Shown here in pieces: positions 12,329-25,900 of a DNA stretch of 64,000 nt. How positions within the stretch are numbered: the first letter of the stretch is position 1; every line of letters begins with the position of its first letter. The notes beneath the pieces are model-generated. The model made no database searches, was not told the origin of the DNA, and worked only from the letters and a program-made list of their open reading frames with translations. The translations under genes and the position numbers were made by a program. Source of the DNA: Anaeramoeba ignava BMAN (lineage: Eukaryota > Protista > Anaeramoebae); contig JAPDFW010000055.1 of assembly GCA_028826165.1 (NCBI GenBank), positions 310,001 through 374,000 of the forward strand. Reading direction: 5' to 3'.

Positions 12329-14788
12329 TTATTTCTTTTTTTGATTTGGTTCTTTTGAAAATAATTCATTTATTAATTCTTCAAGTGGAGCTAATTCTCT
12401 TTTTTGGATCAAATTAAATTCATTAACAAAATACATAAAATGTTTAAAACAAGCATTAGTATGACCTAAAGCACCTAATTGTTCAAGTTCTGTTGGATGA
12501 GAATAATAGATATCTTTTTTTTTTTAAAAAATTTAAATGAAAAAAAATTAAATGAAAAAAAATTAAATGAAAAAAATTAAATGAAAAAAAATTAAATGAA
12601 AAAAAAGTGGAACAAAAAATTTTTTTTGATAAATTTTAATTACGAGCATAAATTCGAAATAATCTTTTTGTAATTTGGGAAATTATTGAAAAGAAATCTT
12701 CTGGAAATTGATCTGCTGTTGGAAATATTTGTTCATTGTTTAAAAGATCTTGTACCCAATCTAATAATTCTGTAATGTATTCTGGTGCTGATAATTTTGT
12801 TGGTTTTTTATATTTTTGATTATCCATCCATAGATATTCATATTTTTTTCCTGCTGACATAACTGGACAACTTTCTTTTGTGCAAAATTGTTGAATACTT
12901 CCATAAATGAGTAATATTTGATTAAAGAAATCAACAACTAATTTATAATTAAATTTAAAATTAAATTTAAAATTAAATTAATAATTATATTTATAATTAA
13001 ATTTATAATTAAATTTATAATTAAATTTATAATTAAATTTATAATTAAATTTATAATTAAATTTATAATTAAATTTATAATTAAATTTATAATTAAATTT
13101 ATAATTAAATTTATAATTAAATTTATAATTATATTTACAATTAAATTTACAATTAAATTTAAAATTAAATTTATAATTAAATTTATAATTAAATTAATAA
13201 TTAAATTTATAATTAAATTTATAATTAAATATATAATTATATTTATAATTATATTTATAATTCAATTTATAATTAAATATATAATTATATTTATAATTAA
13301 ATTTATAATTAAATTTATAATTTATATTAATAATTAAATTTATAATTAAAATTTATAATTAAATTTTAAAATTAAATTTATAATTAAATTTATAATTAAA
13401 TTTATAATTAAATTTATAATTAAATTTATAATTAAATTTATAATTAAATTTATAATTAAATTTAAAATTAAATTAATCATATTTATAATTAAATTTATAA
13501 TTAAATTTATAATTAAATTTATAATTAAATTTATAATTAAATTTATAATTATATTTATAATTATATTTATAATTATATTTATAATTATATTTTATAATTA
13601 TATTTATAATTAAATTTATAATTAAATTTATAATTAAATTTATAATTAAATTTATAATTAAATTTATAATTAAATTTATAATTAAATTTATTAAATTTAT
13701 AATTAAATTTATAATTAAATTTATAATTAAATTTATAATTAAATTTATAATTAAATTTATAATTAAATTTATAATTAAATTTATAATTAAATATATTTAT
13801 ATTTTATATTTATTTATAATTAAATTTATAATTAAATTTATAATTAAATTTATAATTAAATTTATAATTAAATTTATAATTAAATTTAAAATTAAATTTA
13901 AAATTAAATTTATAATTAAATTTATAATTGAATTTATAATTAAATTTATAATTAAATTTATAATTAAATATAATTAAATTTATAATTAAATTTATAATTA
14001 AATTTATAATTAAATTTATAATATTTATAATTAAATTTATAATTAAATTTATAATTAAATTTATAATTAAAATTTATAATTAAATTTATAATTAAATTTA
14101 CAATCAAATTTATAATTATATTTATAATTAAATTTATAATTAAATTTATAATTAAATTTATAATTAAATTTATAATTAAATTTATAATTAAATTTATAAT
14201 TAAATTTATAATTAAATTTATAATTAAATTTATAATTAAATTTATAATTAAATTTATAATTAAATTTATAATTAAATTTATAATTAAATTTATAATTAAA
14301 TTTATAATTAAATTTATAATTAAATTTATAATTAAATTTATAATTATATTTATAATTAAATTTAAAATTATAATTAAAATTGAAATAGAAATTAAATTTA
14401 TAATTAAATTTATAATTAAATTTATAATTAAATTTATAATTAAATTTATAATTAAAATTGAAATAGAAATTATATTTATAATTACTATTCACAGCTAACC
14501 AATCTTCTTTACTTTCTCCATCAGGAAGAGTAACAGCTTCACGAAGGTTTGATGCATGAATTGTTTCTTTAGCAAGTTGATGTAATTGATGGCGTTTTGA
14601 ACCTTTGCGAAATCTCTTTTTAGGACGAAAAGTTAATGATTTTTTGTTTTTTGAACTTATTTTTTTGTTTTTGTTTTTGTTTTTGTTTTATTTATTTGAA
14701 GAATTTTTTTAATAATAAAGAAAAAATTTTTTTTTGTGAGAAAATGTAAAAAATAAAAATTTTATATTCACAAAACTTACAAATCCAT
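12329..14788 (-). CDS. MOB1: MOB kinase activator (MOB1 family)
   Basis: Exons 14788-14781, 14655-14486, 12937-12644, 12513-12329: [62 protein letters not shown]..CFKHF. Confidence 0.92.
12940..14483. repeat. Intronic 12-nt satellite (TTTATAATTAAA)n
   Basis: Fills the 1.5-kb MOB1 intron 2. Confidence 0.95.
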
Positions 14789-14934
14789 TGAGAAAAAAAA
14801 AATGGAAAATGATTTTTTTTTTTTTAAAATTATTTTTTTGCTTTTTCTCCATTTTTTTTTATTTTTTTATTTTTTTAAAAAAATTTATTTTTTCCTTTTT
14901 ATTCCTTTCCATTTTTTCCCAAATCTCAAAATAA

Positions 14935-15625
14935 TTAAATATTTATTTATAAATTTTAATAAATTAATTTTTTATTTATTTATAAATTTTAATAAATAAA
15001 TGAGGAAATTCCACTTTTTTAATTAGATTTATTTTAATTAAATATTTATTTATAAATTATTAATAAATTAATTATTTATTTGATTCTTCTTTTTTAATTA
15101 ATAAATAAATGAGGAAATTCCACTTTTTTATTTAGATTTATTTTAATCTAATATTTATTTATAAATTATTAATAAATTAATTATTTATTTGATTTATTTG
15201 ATTTCTTTTTTTTTAATTAAATTTTTATTGACTTAAAATCATTCCCCTTTTTTAATTTTAATTTTAATTAATAAATAAATGTGGAAATTCCACTTTTTAA
15301 TTAGATTTATTTTAATTTAAATATTTATTTATAAATTATTAATAAATTGATTATTTATTTGATTTCTTTTTATTTAGATTTATTTTAATTTAATATTTAT
15401 TTATAAATTATTAATAAATTAAATATTTCATTCTCTTTTGATTAGATTTATTTTAATTTATTATTTATTTATAAATTATTTATAAATTAATTATTTATTT
15501 CATTCTTCTTTTTGATTAGATTTATTTTAATTTAATATTTATTTATAAATTATTTATAAATTAATTATTTATTTGATTTCTTTTTTTTAATTAAATTTTT
15601 ATTGACTTAAAATCATTCCCCTTTT
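14935..15625. repeat. Imperfect intergenic direct repeats containing GGAAATTCCACTTTT
   Basis: Repeated blocks ttagatttattttaa..tatttatttataaattattaataaatt; motif at about 15009, 15118, 15288. Confidence 0.6.
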
Positions 15626-15826
15626 TTTAATTTTAATTTTAATTTTAATTTTAATTTTAATTTAATTTTAAATTTAATTTTAATTTTAATTTTAATTTTA
15701 ATTTTAATTTTATTTTAAAAACCTTTTTTGTTTTTTACATTTTAAATAAAAAGATCTTTTTAATTTTTAAAAAGTTTTTCATTTTTTTTTCATTTATTTT
15801 TTTTTTATTTCCAAGTGTGTATAAAA

Positions 15827-18729
15827 ATGAATCAAAATAAACCGAATGAAGAAATAGACTTCTGGGAAGCAGTTGAGAAAAACAACATTATACAACTAAA
15901 GAAGCATAAAAAGCAATTAATTTTACAGAAAAACAACTCAAATCAAACACTTCTTCATTTTGCATGTATCAAAAGAGCCAAAATTGAAATTCTCAAACTT
16001 TTAATCAAGAAAATCAACGTAAATGCGAAGGACTTGTTCAACAAAACAGCACTGCATTATGCGTGCGAAAAAAAGCCAACAAAACCCATATTGACTTTAC
16101 TAGTCAAACAAGGAGCAAATGTGAATGCAGAGGATAACGAGCGCCACTTGCCTCTACACATTATATGCACAAGAAAACGCATAACGGACAAAGAACTCGC
16201 GCTCGTCATCTCACCTGAAACAAACATTAATGCGCAGGACAAGGACCATAAGACTCCACTTCATTACGCCTGCGAATACAAACTTCGTTGGGAAATTGTC
16301 GACCAATTAATAAAAAGGGGAGCAAAAATCGATTTGCCAGATGTCTCTGTCAGACTGCCTTTGCATTTTTGTTGTCAAAATGGATCCGACTTGCAGATCA
16401 TTGATATTTTGACAAAGACACCCGAAGCTATCAATGCCAAAGACGCGCTGGGAAGATCGCCTTTGCATTTGGCTTCTATTTACGGGATGAGTTACGAGGC
16501 CACAAAGCTTCTAATCGAAAGAGGAGCGGTTGTCAATGCCAAAGATGCTGCCAAGAAAACAGCACTTCATTATGAATGTGAATTTGGCAACCGCAAAAAT
16601 GTTATTGAGCTTTTTTTGGAAAAGGGAGCTGTCCCGAATCCAAAAGATGGAAACGGAATGACCCCCTTAATTATTCTTTTTGAGAAGCGTGAATTGTCGG
16701 ATACCCCCAGAATCCTTATTGAAAACGGTGCTGATCTTTTTGCACAAGATCAAAATTCGCTTAATTGCCTTCATCATGCTTGTCGAAATAAAATCCAACC
16801 GCAAATTTTGAACATGATCATCGAAAAGGGGATCGATGTCAACTCTCCAGACGCTCTTGGAAAAACCCCTCTCCATCATATTTGCGAGACTTATCCTGAG
16901 CCTGAGGCTCTGAAATTGCTTATTCAAAAAGGCGCAAATGTCAACAGCCAAGATGCCCATTTGCAGACGCCTCTTCATTATCTTTGCCTCTCTTCCTCCT
17001 CACGAGAGTTGTTCACCATTCTTCTCGATTCGGGCGCTGATCTCTCGCTTGCTGATTCCAAAAAAGAAACCCCTCTTCATTATTCTTGCAAAAAATCGGG
17101 AAGTAAACCGATACTCGAGCTGTTTCTGACCTACCAAGGCGACATCTATTCCACCGACCAGGACAACAAAACCCTTTTGCACGTTGCTTGTGAGTACGGC
17201 ATCGATATCGACACAATGGATTTTCTTATTCTTCAGGGAATTTCGATCGATGCTCGCGATAAAAAAAATCAAACTCCTTTGCATTATGCTTGTCAACACA
17301 ATGGAGATCTTAGTTTCAAAACAATCCAGTTTCTTTTTGAGCGCGGAGCCAAGATCAACACCCAGGATCTTGACGGAAAAACGCCTTTGCATTGTGTTTG
17401 CGAGCAAAATCCCAATTTCGAAATTGTTAGTTTTTTGATCCAAAATAACGCCGATATTAACATCAAAACGAATGAGAATAAATTTCCGTTGCATTTCGCT
17501 TGTGAGAAATCTGCACATGCAAACGTTCTCAACTTATTGACAAACGCAGAAACCATGAACGCGCTTGATAGCAATCACCAAACACCATTGACATATGCCT
17601 GCATTGCGCGTGCCGAGCTCGATGTGTTCCAGTTTCTGGTACAGAAAGGAGCGGATGTGAACACAAAGAATTTCTATCATCATTCACCATTGCACTTCTT
17701 GTGTCTCAACAGAGCAAGTATCGAGATTGTCCAGCTTTTTATTAAATCGGGAGCAAATGTGGAACAAAAAGATCATTATTTAAGATCCCCTCTTCATTTT
17801 GCCTGCAAAAATAACGGTGACCAAAAAGTCATCAATTTTTTAATCCAATCCGGCGCAAATATTCATTCCAAGGATTATTACAATAAAACCCCTCTTTGCT
17901 ATGCTGCCGAGAACGTAGATTTTGACATTGTGCGTCTTCTACTTTCTTACGACTCGACTCTTTACGGACTTGATTTCGACTCACTTGATCCAAAAATCAG
18001 CAAATTGATCCAAACTCACTACTCCGTGATTGCTGATTTCCAGAACCTTCTCTCTTCCAACCTCCAGACAAACATCACATGCAAGTGCAAAAATGGGATA
18101 ATTTCCCTTCATTCTCACATTCTTCATTGCCGTTTTTGTGATCTTTCTTTGCCAAATAACGAGCTTGTTTTTGAGACAATAAAATCCAAGTTGGATCTTG
18201 TTTGCAATCAGCACAGTATCGAAGAAGCAACTGATTTTTTCATGTTTGTCTATTCCGGTTTTGTTGATCTCTATAACCCTGAAAAGGGTGTTAAAGCAGT
18301 TTCTCAATTTGTGAATCAACTTGGTTTTGACAGCTCATGGATTAACCGCAAAAAAGGTCGAAAAAATCTGCTTAAAGATTTGAATCTTTTGTATTTGGAC
18401 ACAAATTCAATGGATTTTGAAATTGTTGTTGGTGGAGATGAGGTTATGGCTCATAAAGCCGTTCTTCTTGCTCGATCCAATTTTACCGTTCAATGTTTGG
18501 ATCACTTTCAAAAAATCAACGTTTTGATGTTGTTGATGATTCAACTGGCAAATCTTTAAAAACTTTGACTGAACTTGTTCAATTCTTTTATTTGGACCAA
18601 ATTTCTTCTGATCTTTCAAATCAAACTCTTTATGAATTGGCTGATGTAAAAGATATTTTTCAATTAAATATGTTCTCTAATCTTAGTTATCAACTTGAAG
18701 AATTTCATTTTTTCAATAAGAAAAAGTAA
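15827..18729 (+). CDS. Intronless ankyrin-repeat (about 20 repeats of 34 aa) + BTB protein; one frameshift near 18483
   Basis: ORF 15815-18559 (ATG at 15827) continues in ORF 18493-18729. One extra T in the T run at 18481-18484 restores ARSNFYRSMF (BTB). Visibly higher GC than neighbouring genes. Confidence 0.88.
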
Positions 18730-18825
18730 AGATTCTTTTTTCTTTTTTTCTTTTTTTCTTTTATTGAGTAGAATAATTTCTTTTTTTTTTAATCATGTTC
18801 CACTTTTTTTTTTCTTTTTGAAATA

Positions 18826-20224
18826 AATTTTAAATCAATTTTAAATAAATTTTAAATCAATTTTAAATCAATTTTAAATCAATTTTAAATTAATTTTAAA
18901 TCAATTTTAAATCAATTTTAAATCAATTTTAAATCAATTTTAAATCAATTTTAAATCAATTTTATATCAATTTTAAATCAATTTTAAATCAATTTTAAAT
19001 CAATTTTAAATCAATTTTAAATCAATTTTAAATCAATTTTAAATCAATTTTATATCAATTTTATATCAATTTTAAATCAATTTTAAATCAATTTTAAATC
19101 AATTTTAAATCAATTTTATATCAATTTTAAATCAATTTTAAATCAATTTTAAATCAATTTTAAATCAATTTTAAATCAATTTTAAATTATTTTTAAATCA
19201 ATTTTAAATCAATTTTAAATCAATTTTAAATCAATTTTAAATCAATTTTATATCAATTTTAAATTAATTTTAAATCAATTTTATATCAATTTTAAATCAA
19301 TTTTAAATCAATTTTAAATCAATTTTAAATCAATTTTAAATCAATTTTATATCAATTTTAAATCAATTTTAAATCAATTTTAAATCAATTTTAAATCAAT
19401 TTTGAATTTTAAATCAATTTTAAATCAATTTTAAATCAATTTTATATCAATTTTAAATCAATTTTAAATCAATTTTAAATTATTAATTTTAAATCAATTT
19501 TAAATCAAATTTTAAATTAATTTTAAATCAATTTTATATCAATTTTAAATCAATTTTAAATCAATTTTAAATCAATTTTAAATCAATTTTATATTAATTT
19601 TAAATCAAATTTAAATCAATTTTAAATTAATTTTATATCAATTTTAAATCAATTTTAAATTAATTTTAAATCAATTTTATATCAATTTTAAATTAATTTT
19701 AAATCAATTTTAAATTAATTTTAAATCAATTTTAAATCAATTTTCTTTTTTAAATCAATTTTTTAATCATGTTCCACTTTTTTTTTTCTTTTTGAAATAA
19801 ATTTTAAATCAATTTTAAACCAATTTTAAATCAATTTTATATCAATTTCAAATCAATTTTAAATCAATTTTAAATCAATTTTAAATCAATTTTATATTAA
19901 TTTTATATCAATTTTATATCAATTTTAAATCAATTTTAAATCAATTTTAAATCAATTTTAAATCAATTTTAAATCAATTTTATATCAATTTTAAATCAAT
20001 TTTAAATCAATTTTAAATCAATTTTAAATCAATTTTAAATCAATTTTAAATCAATTTTAAATCAATTTTAAATCAATTTTAAATCAATTTTAAATCAATT
20101 TTAAATCAATTTTATATCAATTTTATATCAATTTCAAATCAATTTTAAATCAATTTTAAATCAATTTTAAATCAATTTTATATCAATTTTATATCAATTT
20201 TATATCAATTTTAAATCAATTTTA
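18826..20224. repeat. 11-nt satellite (TTTTAAATCAA)n flanked by about 90-bp direct repeats
   Basis: Direct repeat copies at about 18733-18829 and 20226-20312, partial copy at about 19763-19803. Confidence 0.85.
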
Positions 20225-20714
20225 ATTCTTTTTTTCTTTTTTCTTTTATTGAGTAGAATAATTTCTTTTTTTTTTAATCATGTTCCACTTTTTTTTTCTT
20301 TTTGAAATAAATTAAATTTTTAATTTAAATTTAAATAAGATTTTCTTCTCTATTTTATCTTTAATTTTTTTTTTTCTCTTTTTTTTTTATTATTTCCTTT
20401 TGTATTTGATCATTGAAAAAAAAAATTTAAATTATATTTAAATTAAATTAAAAAGAAAATAAAAATCGAATTTAAATTTAAATTAAAAATTTAAATTAAA
20501 AATTAATTAAGAAAATGATCAAAAAAAAAAAATAAAAAAAAAGAGAAATTGATCATTTAAAACAATCTATTACAATCTAAGTACAAAATAATATTGAAAA
20601 CAAAAAGAAAAAAAACAAAATTTTTTTTATTAAAATTTTTTTATTAAAAATTTTTTTTCATTTTTTTTTTTCAATTTTTTAAAAAACAAAAAGAAAAAAC
20701 AAGATAAAAATAAA

Positions 20715-22457
20715 ATGGGAAACGTTCAAAACGTACAAAAAGTGATCTCATCAAAAAAAAAGAAATCTTTCATAAATTTAATGACAAAAACAGTTGAAGC
20801 AATAGCAATAGTTGATGTTTCAGGAAAATTTATATTTGTAAATCAAGCATTAATTGATTTATATCAAGGAGCAAGTGAGTTTGTATTTTTGCACAAGAAA
20901 TTTCTTGATTTAAGTGCTCCAACTCAACCGCAATTTGGTATTAAAGCTGAACAAGCAGAGATTAGAGTTATAAATGCTATTTTAGGGTATTTTTCTTTTT
21001 ATTGAAATTTTTCTTTTGTTTTGATTTTAAAATAATTTTTTTTAATCCATTTATTAATTAATCAATTTTTTTTTTCTTTTTTGAATTTTTTCTTTTAGAA
21101 CTTTAAATCAAACAAATGATTTTGATTGGGTTATTTCTACATTTAAAAAGAAAGAAATTTGTGTTCATATTTGGGTAAGAAAATAAAATAAAATAAAAGA
21201 AAAAAAAAGAAAAAAATTTTTTTTTTTAATAATTTCCCATAATTAATTAAAAAAATAAACAAATTAAAATCATATTTAAATAATAATTAATAAATAAAAT
21301 TAATTTAATTTATTAAAAAGAAATAAAAATTTAAAATTAATCAAATTTACCAAATCAAAATTTTCAATTAAAAAAAATTTTTTTTTTAATAATTTCCCAC
21401 AATTAATTAAAAAAATAAGTAAATTGAAATAATATTTAAATAATAATTAATAAATAAAATTAATTTAATTTATTAAAAAGAAACAAAAATTTAAAATTAA
21501 TCAAATTTACCAAATCAAAATTCTCAATTAAAAAAAAATTTTTTTTTTAATAATTTCCCACAATTAATTAAAAAAATAAACAAATTAAAATAATATTTAA
21601 ATAATAATTAATAAATAAAATTAATTTAATTTATTAAAAGAAACAAAAATTTAAAATTAATCAAATTTACCAAAGTCAAAATTCTCAATTAAAAAAAAAA
21701 TTTTTTTATTAAAAAAAATTATTAAAAATAAACAAATTAAAAATTATTAAATAAAATTAATTAAAATTTAAAAATTATTAAAAATTATTAAAAACTAAAA
21801 ATTATTAAAAATTATTAAAAAAAGGCAACATTAATTGATTTGGCTGGAGATATCTCACTTAAATTTGTAATTCGACCAACAATTAACTTTCTAGATCCTA
21901 GAATACGAAAAAACAGTGATTTAAAATTATCATCACCACAAATTTTAAATATTGATGAAAATGATCTTTCTTCAAATGAAATCAACTCCTCAAACTCAGA
22001 TCTCAAACAAACCACACAACCATCAGACAAGCCCGTATTAATTTCGATTGAAGATCAAGATCTGGAAGACACAATCGATACACAAATTGATGAAATCAAA
22101 ATGAGTGTGAGATCATCAGAAGATCCAGAACTTGAACTTAAAGTAGTTAATTATCTTAATAGAATTCATAACTTATGTTTTAATTGGATTTCAAATAAAA
22201 ATTTGGAAATCCAAAATTTATCCGAAAAAATTCAAGTTGAAAGACAAAGTTTTCGCAAGAAATATCAACAACTGGAATCCCATTTGCAAAGAAGATTAGA
22301 TGGTTATGAAACTGAAAGAGATGTCAAAAAAAATGTTTCTAATGAAAATCAAGAACTTAAAGAAAAACTTGACAATTTAACTCAAATAATTCAAGAACAA
22401 TTTCAAGTTACAGAAAAACTTTACAAATTTTATCGAGATGATCTTTCAGTTTTTTAA
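20715..22457 (+). CDS. PAS domain + coiled-coil protein with MGN N-terminus
   Basis: Exons 20715-20986, 21099-21174, 21825-22457; AIAIVDVSGKFIFVNQALIDLY is a typical PAS start, followed by FDWVIST..VHIWATLI. Confidence 0.75.
21211..21700. repeat. About 159-bp tandem repeat, 3 copies, in intron
   Basis: aataatttccca(t/c)aattaatt...aatcaaatttaccaaa recurs three times. Confidence 0.85.
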
Positions 22458-22993
22458 ATTAATTTGAATTGATTTGATTTAATTTAAATTGATTTGATTT
22501 AATTTGACTTCAAAAAAAAAAGAATTTTTTCAAAATCAAGATCAAAAAAATTTGTGTTAAATCTATTTAAAAAAAATTTTGAAGTTTATTTTTTAATTCC
22601 AAATTATAAAAAGAAAATTTATTGATTAAGGAATTTCAATAAAAAAATTAATAAGAAATTTTTTTCTTTTTTCTTTTTTTTCTTTCTTTCTCCTTCTTTT
22701 TTTGATGAATGAGATTCTTATTTAAATTTAAATTTAAATTTAATTTGAGAAAAAGAAAGTATTTGTTGTTTTTTCCACTTCATTTAAATGAATCACTTTT
22801 TTTTAAATTTTTTTTTAAAAAAATCATCAAAAATAAAAAAAGAATTTCGATCTAAATTTAAATTAAAAACAAAATTTCCAAAAATTTCCATTTTTCATTT
22901 TCATTTTTTTTCTTATTTTCTTTCCTAATTTTTATTTTAATTTTAATTTTAATTTTAATTTTAAAAAGAACAACACAAAAAAACCATTTTTAA

Positions 22994-25900
22994 ATGTTAA
23001 GAATTTCATCTTTATTTAAACTTTCTCATTATTTACAACAAAATTTACTTAATTTTACAACAAATTCAATTTATGATAAACAAATTTATCAAAAATTTTT
23101 TCATTCTTTAAATTCGTTAAAAAATGAAAAAATAACAAAAATTAATGAAAAGCAAAAATATAAAAATTATACCCCTTCTTTATTTATTTCAAAATTTACA
23201 ACAAAATCAAAACCAAAAAGAAATGATGAAGATTGGTTTTTTGGAGATTTTGATGAAGATTTTTCTACTGATGATTTTAGTCAATATATTATTTCTGGTT
23301 TACAAGAAAATCAAAACCAAAACGAAAAAAATTTACAAGATGGTTTGTTATTGAAAATTACAATTAAAATTACAATTAAAATTACAATTAAAATCAAAAT
23401 TAAAATTTAAAATTAAAATTAAAATTAAAATTAAAATCCAAAATTAAAATCCAAAATTTAAATTTAAAATTAAAATTACTATTAAAATTCAAATTATAAT
23501 CAAAATTAAAATTCAATTTAAAATCCAAATTAAAATTAAAATTCAAATTAAAATTCAAATTAAAATTAAAATTAAAAATAAAATTCAAATTAAAATTAAA
23601 ATTAAAATTAAAATTACAATCCAAAATTACAATTAAAATTTAATTTAAAATTAAAATTAAAATTACAATCAAAATTTAAAATCAAAATTCAAATTTACAA
23701 TTAAAATTAAATTTTTAATTTACAATTAAAATTAAAATCCAAAATAAAATTAAAATCAAAATCAAAATCAAAATCAAAATTAAAATTAAAATTAAAATTA
23801 AAATTCAAATTAAAATTAAAATCCAAAATTAAAATTCAAATTAAAATTAAAATTAAAATTAAAATTAAAATTAAAATTAAAATTAAAATTAAAATAGATT
23901 TTACATCTACAAAATTATTACCATTAGTTTTTCCAAAAACAACTCCAATTATTCCATTATCTAAAAGACCATTATTTCCAGGAGTTGTAACAACAATGAC
24001 AATTACTGATTTTGAATTTATGAAACATTTAAAAAATGAATTCCAATCAGGAAAAAGATTTGTTGGGGCATTTTTATTAAAAAATCAAACAGAATCCCAA
24101 GAAATTCCAAATCAAAATCAAAATTTCAAAATCAAAATCAAAATCAAAATCAAAATCAAAATCAAAATCAAAATCAAAATTTAAATGAAAATCAAAATCA
24201 AATTCAAAATAAAATTCAAAATCAAAATTTAAATCAAATCCAAATTCCAACTGAAAATAATTTTGATTCAAATTCTATTCAATTCAATCAACTCAATGGA
24301 AATTTAACAATAATTCCAAAATTTGAAACAATTTCAGATATTTCTAAAGTTCATGAAATTGGAGTTTTAGCAAAAATTATTAGAATTGAAGAAGAAAATC
24401 TTAAAAATGATTTTCCCACAGTTATATTAACAGGAATTTGCAGAATTAAAATTACCGATACTCATAAAAAATCTCCAATTTTATCTGCTAAAATTGAACC
24501 ACTTAAAGTAATCAAGATGAGAAATATTTGAATAATAAATTTTGCAAGTTTTTCTTTTTAATCCAAAATATTTATTCATTTCAAAATTACAAAAAAAATA
24601 TTTGTTTGTTTGTTTGTTTATTTTTATAAAAAGAGTTTGAAATTTGATACTCAAAACAAACTAATTAGAGCATATACAATGGAAATAATTTCAACAATCA
24701 AAGAGATTTTAAAGTTAAATCCTTTTTTTCGAAATCAACTTCAAGTAAATTAAACATTCCAAATTTTTAAAAGAAAAAAGCAAAAAAAAAAAAAGTGGAA
24801 TTTTGTCTTTTTTTTTGACAAATAATTTTTATTAATAATTAATAGGCATTTAATGAAAGAGTTGATTTTGGAAATCCTTATGAAATTGCAGATCTTGCAG
24901 CTGCTTTAACAACATCAGATCCACAAGATCTTCAAGTATGAATTCAAATCAATTTTTATATTTAAATCAATTTAAATATTTTTATATTTAAATATTTTTA
25001 TATTTTTATATTTTAAAGGTAATCCTAACAGCTTTAGAACCTGAAGAAAGACTTCGAAAATCACTTCATTTATTAAAATCAGAATTAGATATGAATCTTG
25101 CTCAACAAAAAATTCAACAACAATTAGAACAAAAAATATCAATGAATCAACGCAAATATTTTTTGATGGAACAATTAAAAGAAATTAAAAAAGAACTTGG
25201 AATTGAAATTGATGAAAAAGAAATGTTACTTCAAAAATACAAGCAAAAATTAGTATCCAAAAATATACCCAGAGAAGCAAAGAAAATAATTGAAACCGAA
25301 ATGAAGAAAATTGAGGATCTTTCTCCAACATGCTCCGAATATGGAGTTTCAAAGAAATATCTTGATTGGACAACAGAACTTCCATGGGGAATTTCTGACA
25401 AAGAAAATTTTGATATTGAAAATTTCAAAAAAATTCTTGATAAAGATTATTATGGATCTGAAGAAACCAAGCACAAAATATCTGAATTTTTTTCGATAGG
25501 AGCAATCAAAGGAAGTCTCCCAAATCAAATATTATGTCTTGTTGGGCCATCGAGTGTTGGGAAATGCTTTGGATATAATACTCAGGTGATGATGAGCGAT
25601 GGTTCAATTGAATATGTTCAAAATATTAAAATCGGACAAAAAGTTATGGGAGACGATTCAACTCCAAGGGAGGTATATTCTCTTAGCAGAGGCACAGACG
25701 AAATGTTTAAAATCACTTATTTGAATGATGGATCTAGTTATGTTGTAAATAGTTTGCATGTTTTAAGCCTGAAATTTAATGGGATTGAAAATCCAATTCA
25801 ATGGGATCATATAAATTCAAAATTTGTTTATACTTGGTTTGAAAATCACGATCAACACTCAAAAGAGTTTCATGTCCCAATCACCTCAAATGAAATGATA

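Noticed and set aside
16057-18619. Antisense and alternate-frame ORFs over the GC-rich ankyrin gene, and over the His-rich gene (37892-39156)
   Set aside because: Expected shadows of higher-GC or repetitive coding sequence; no recognisable domains.
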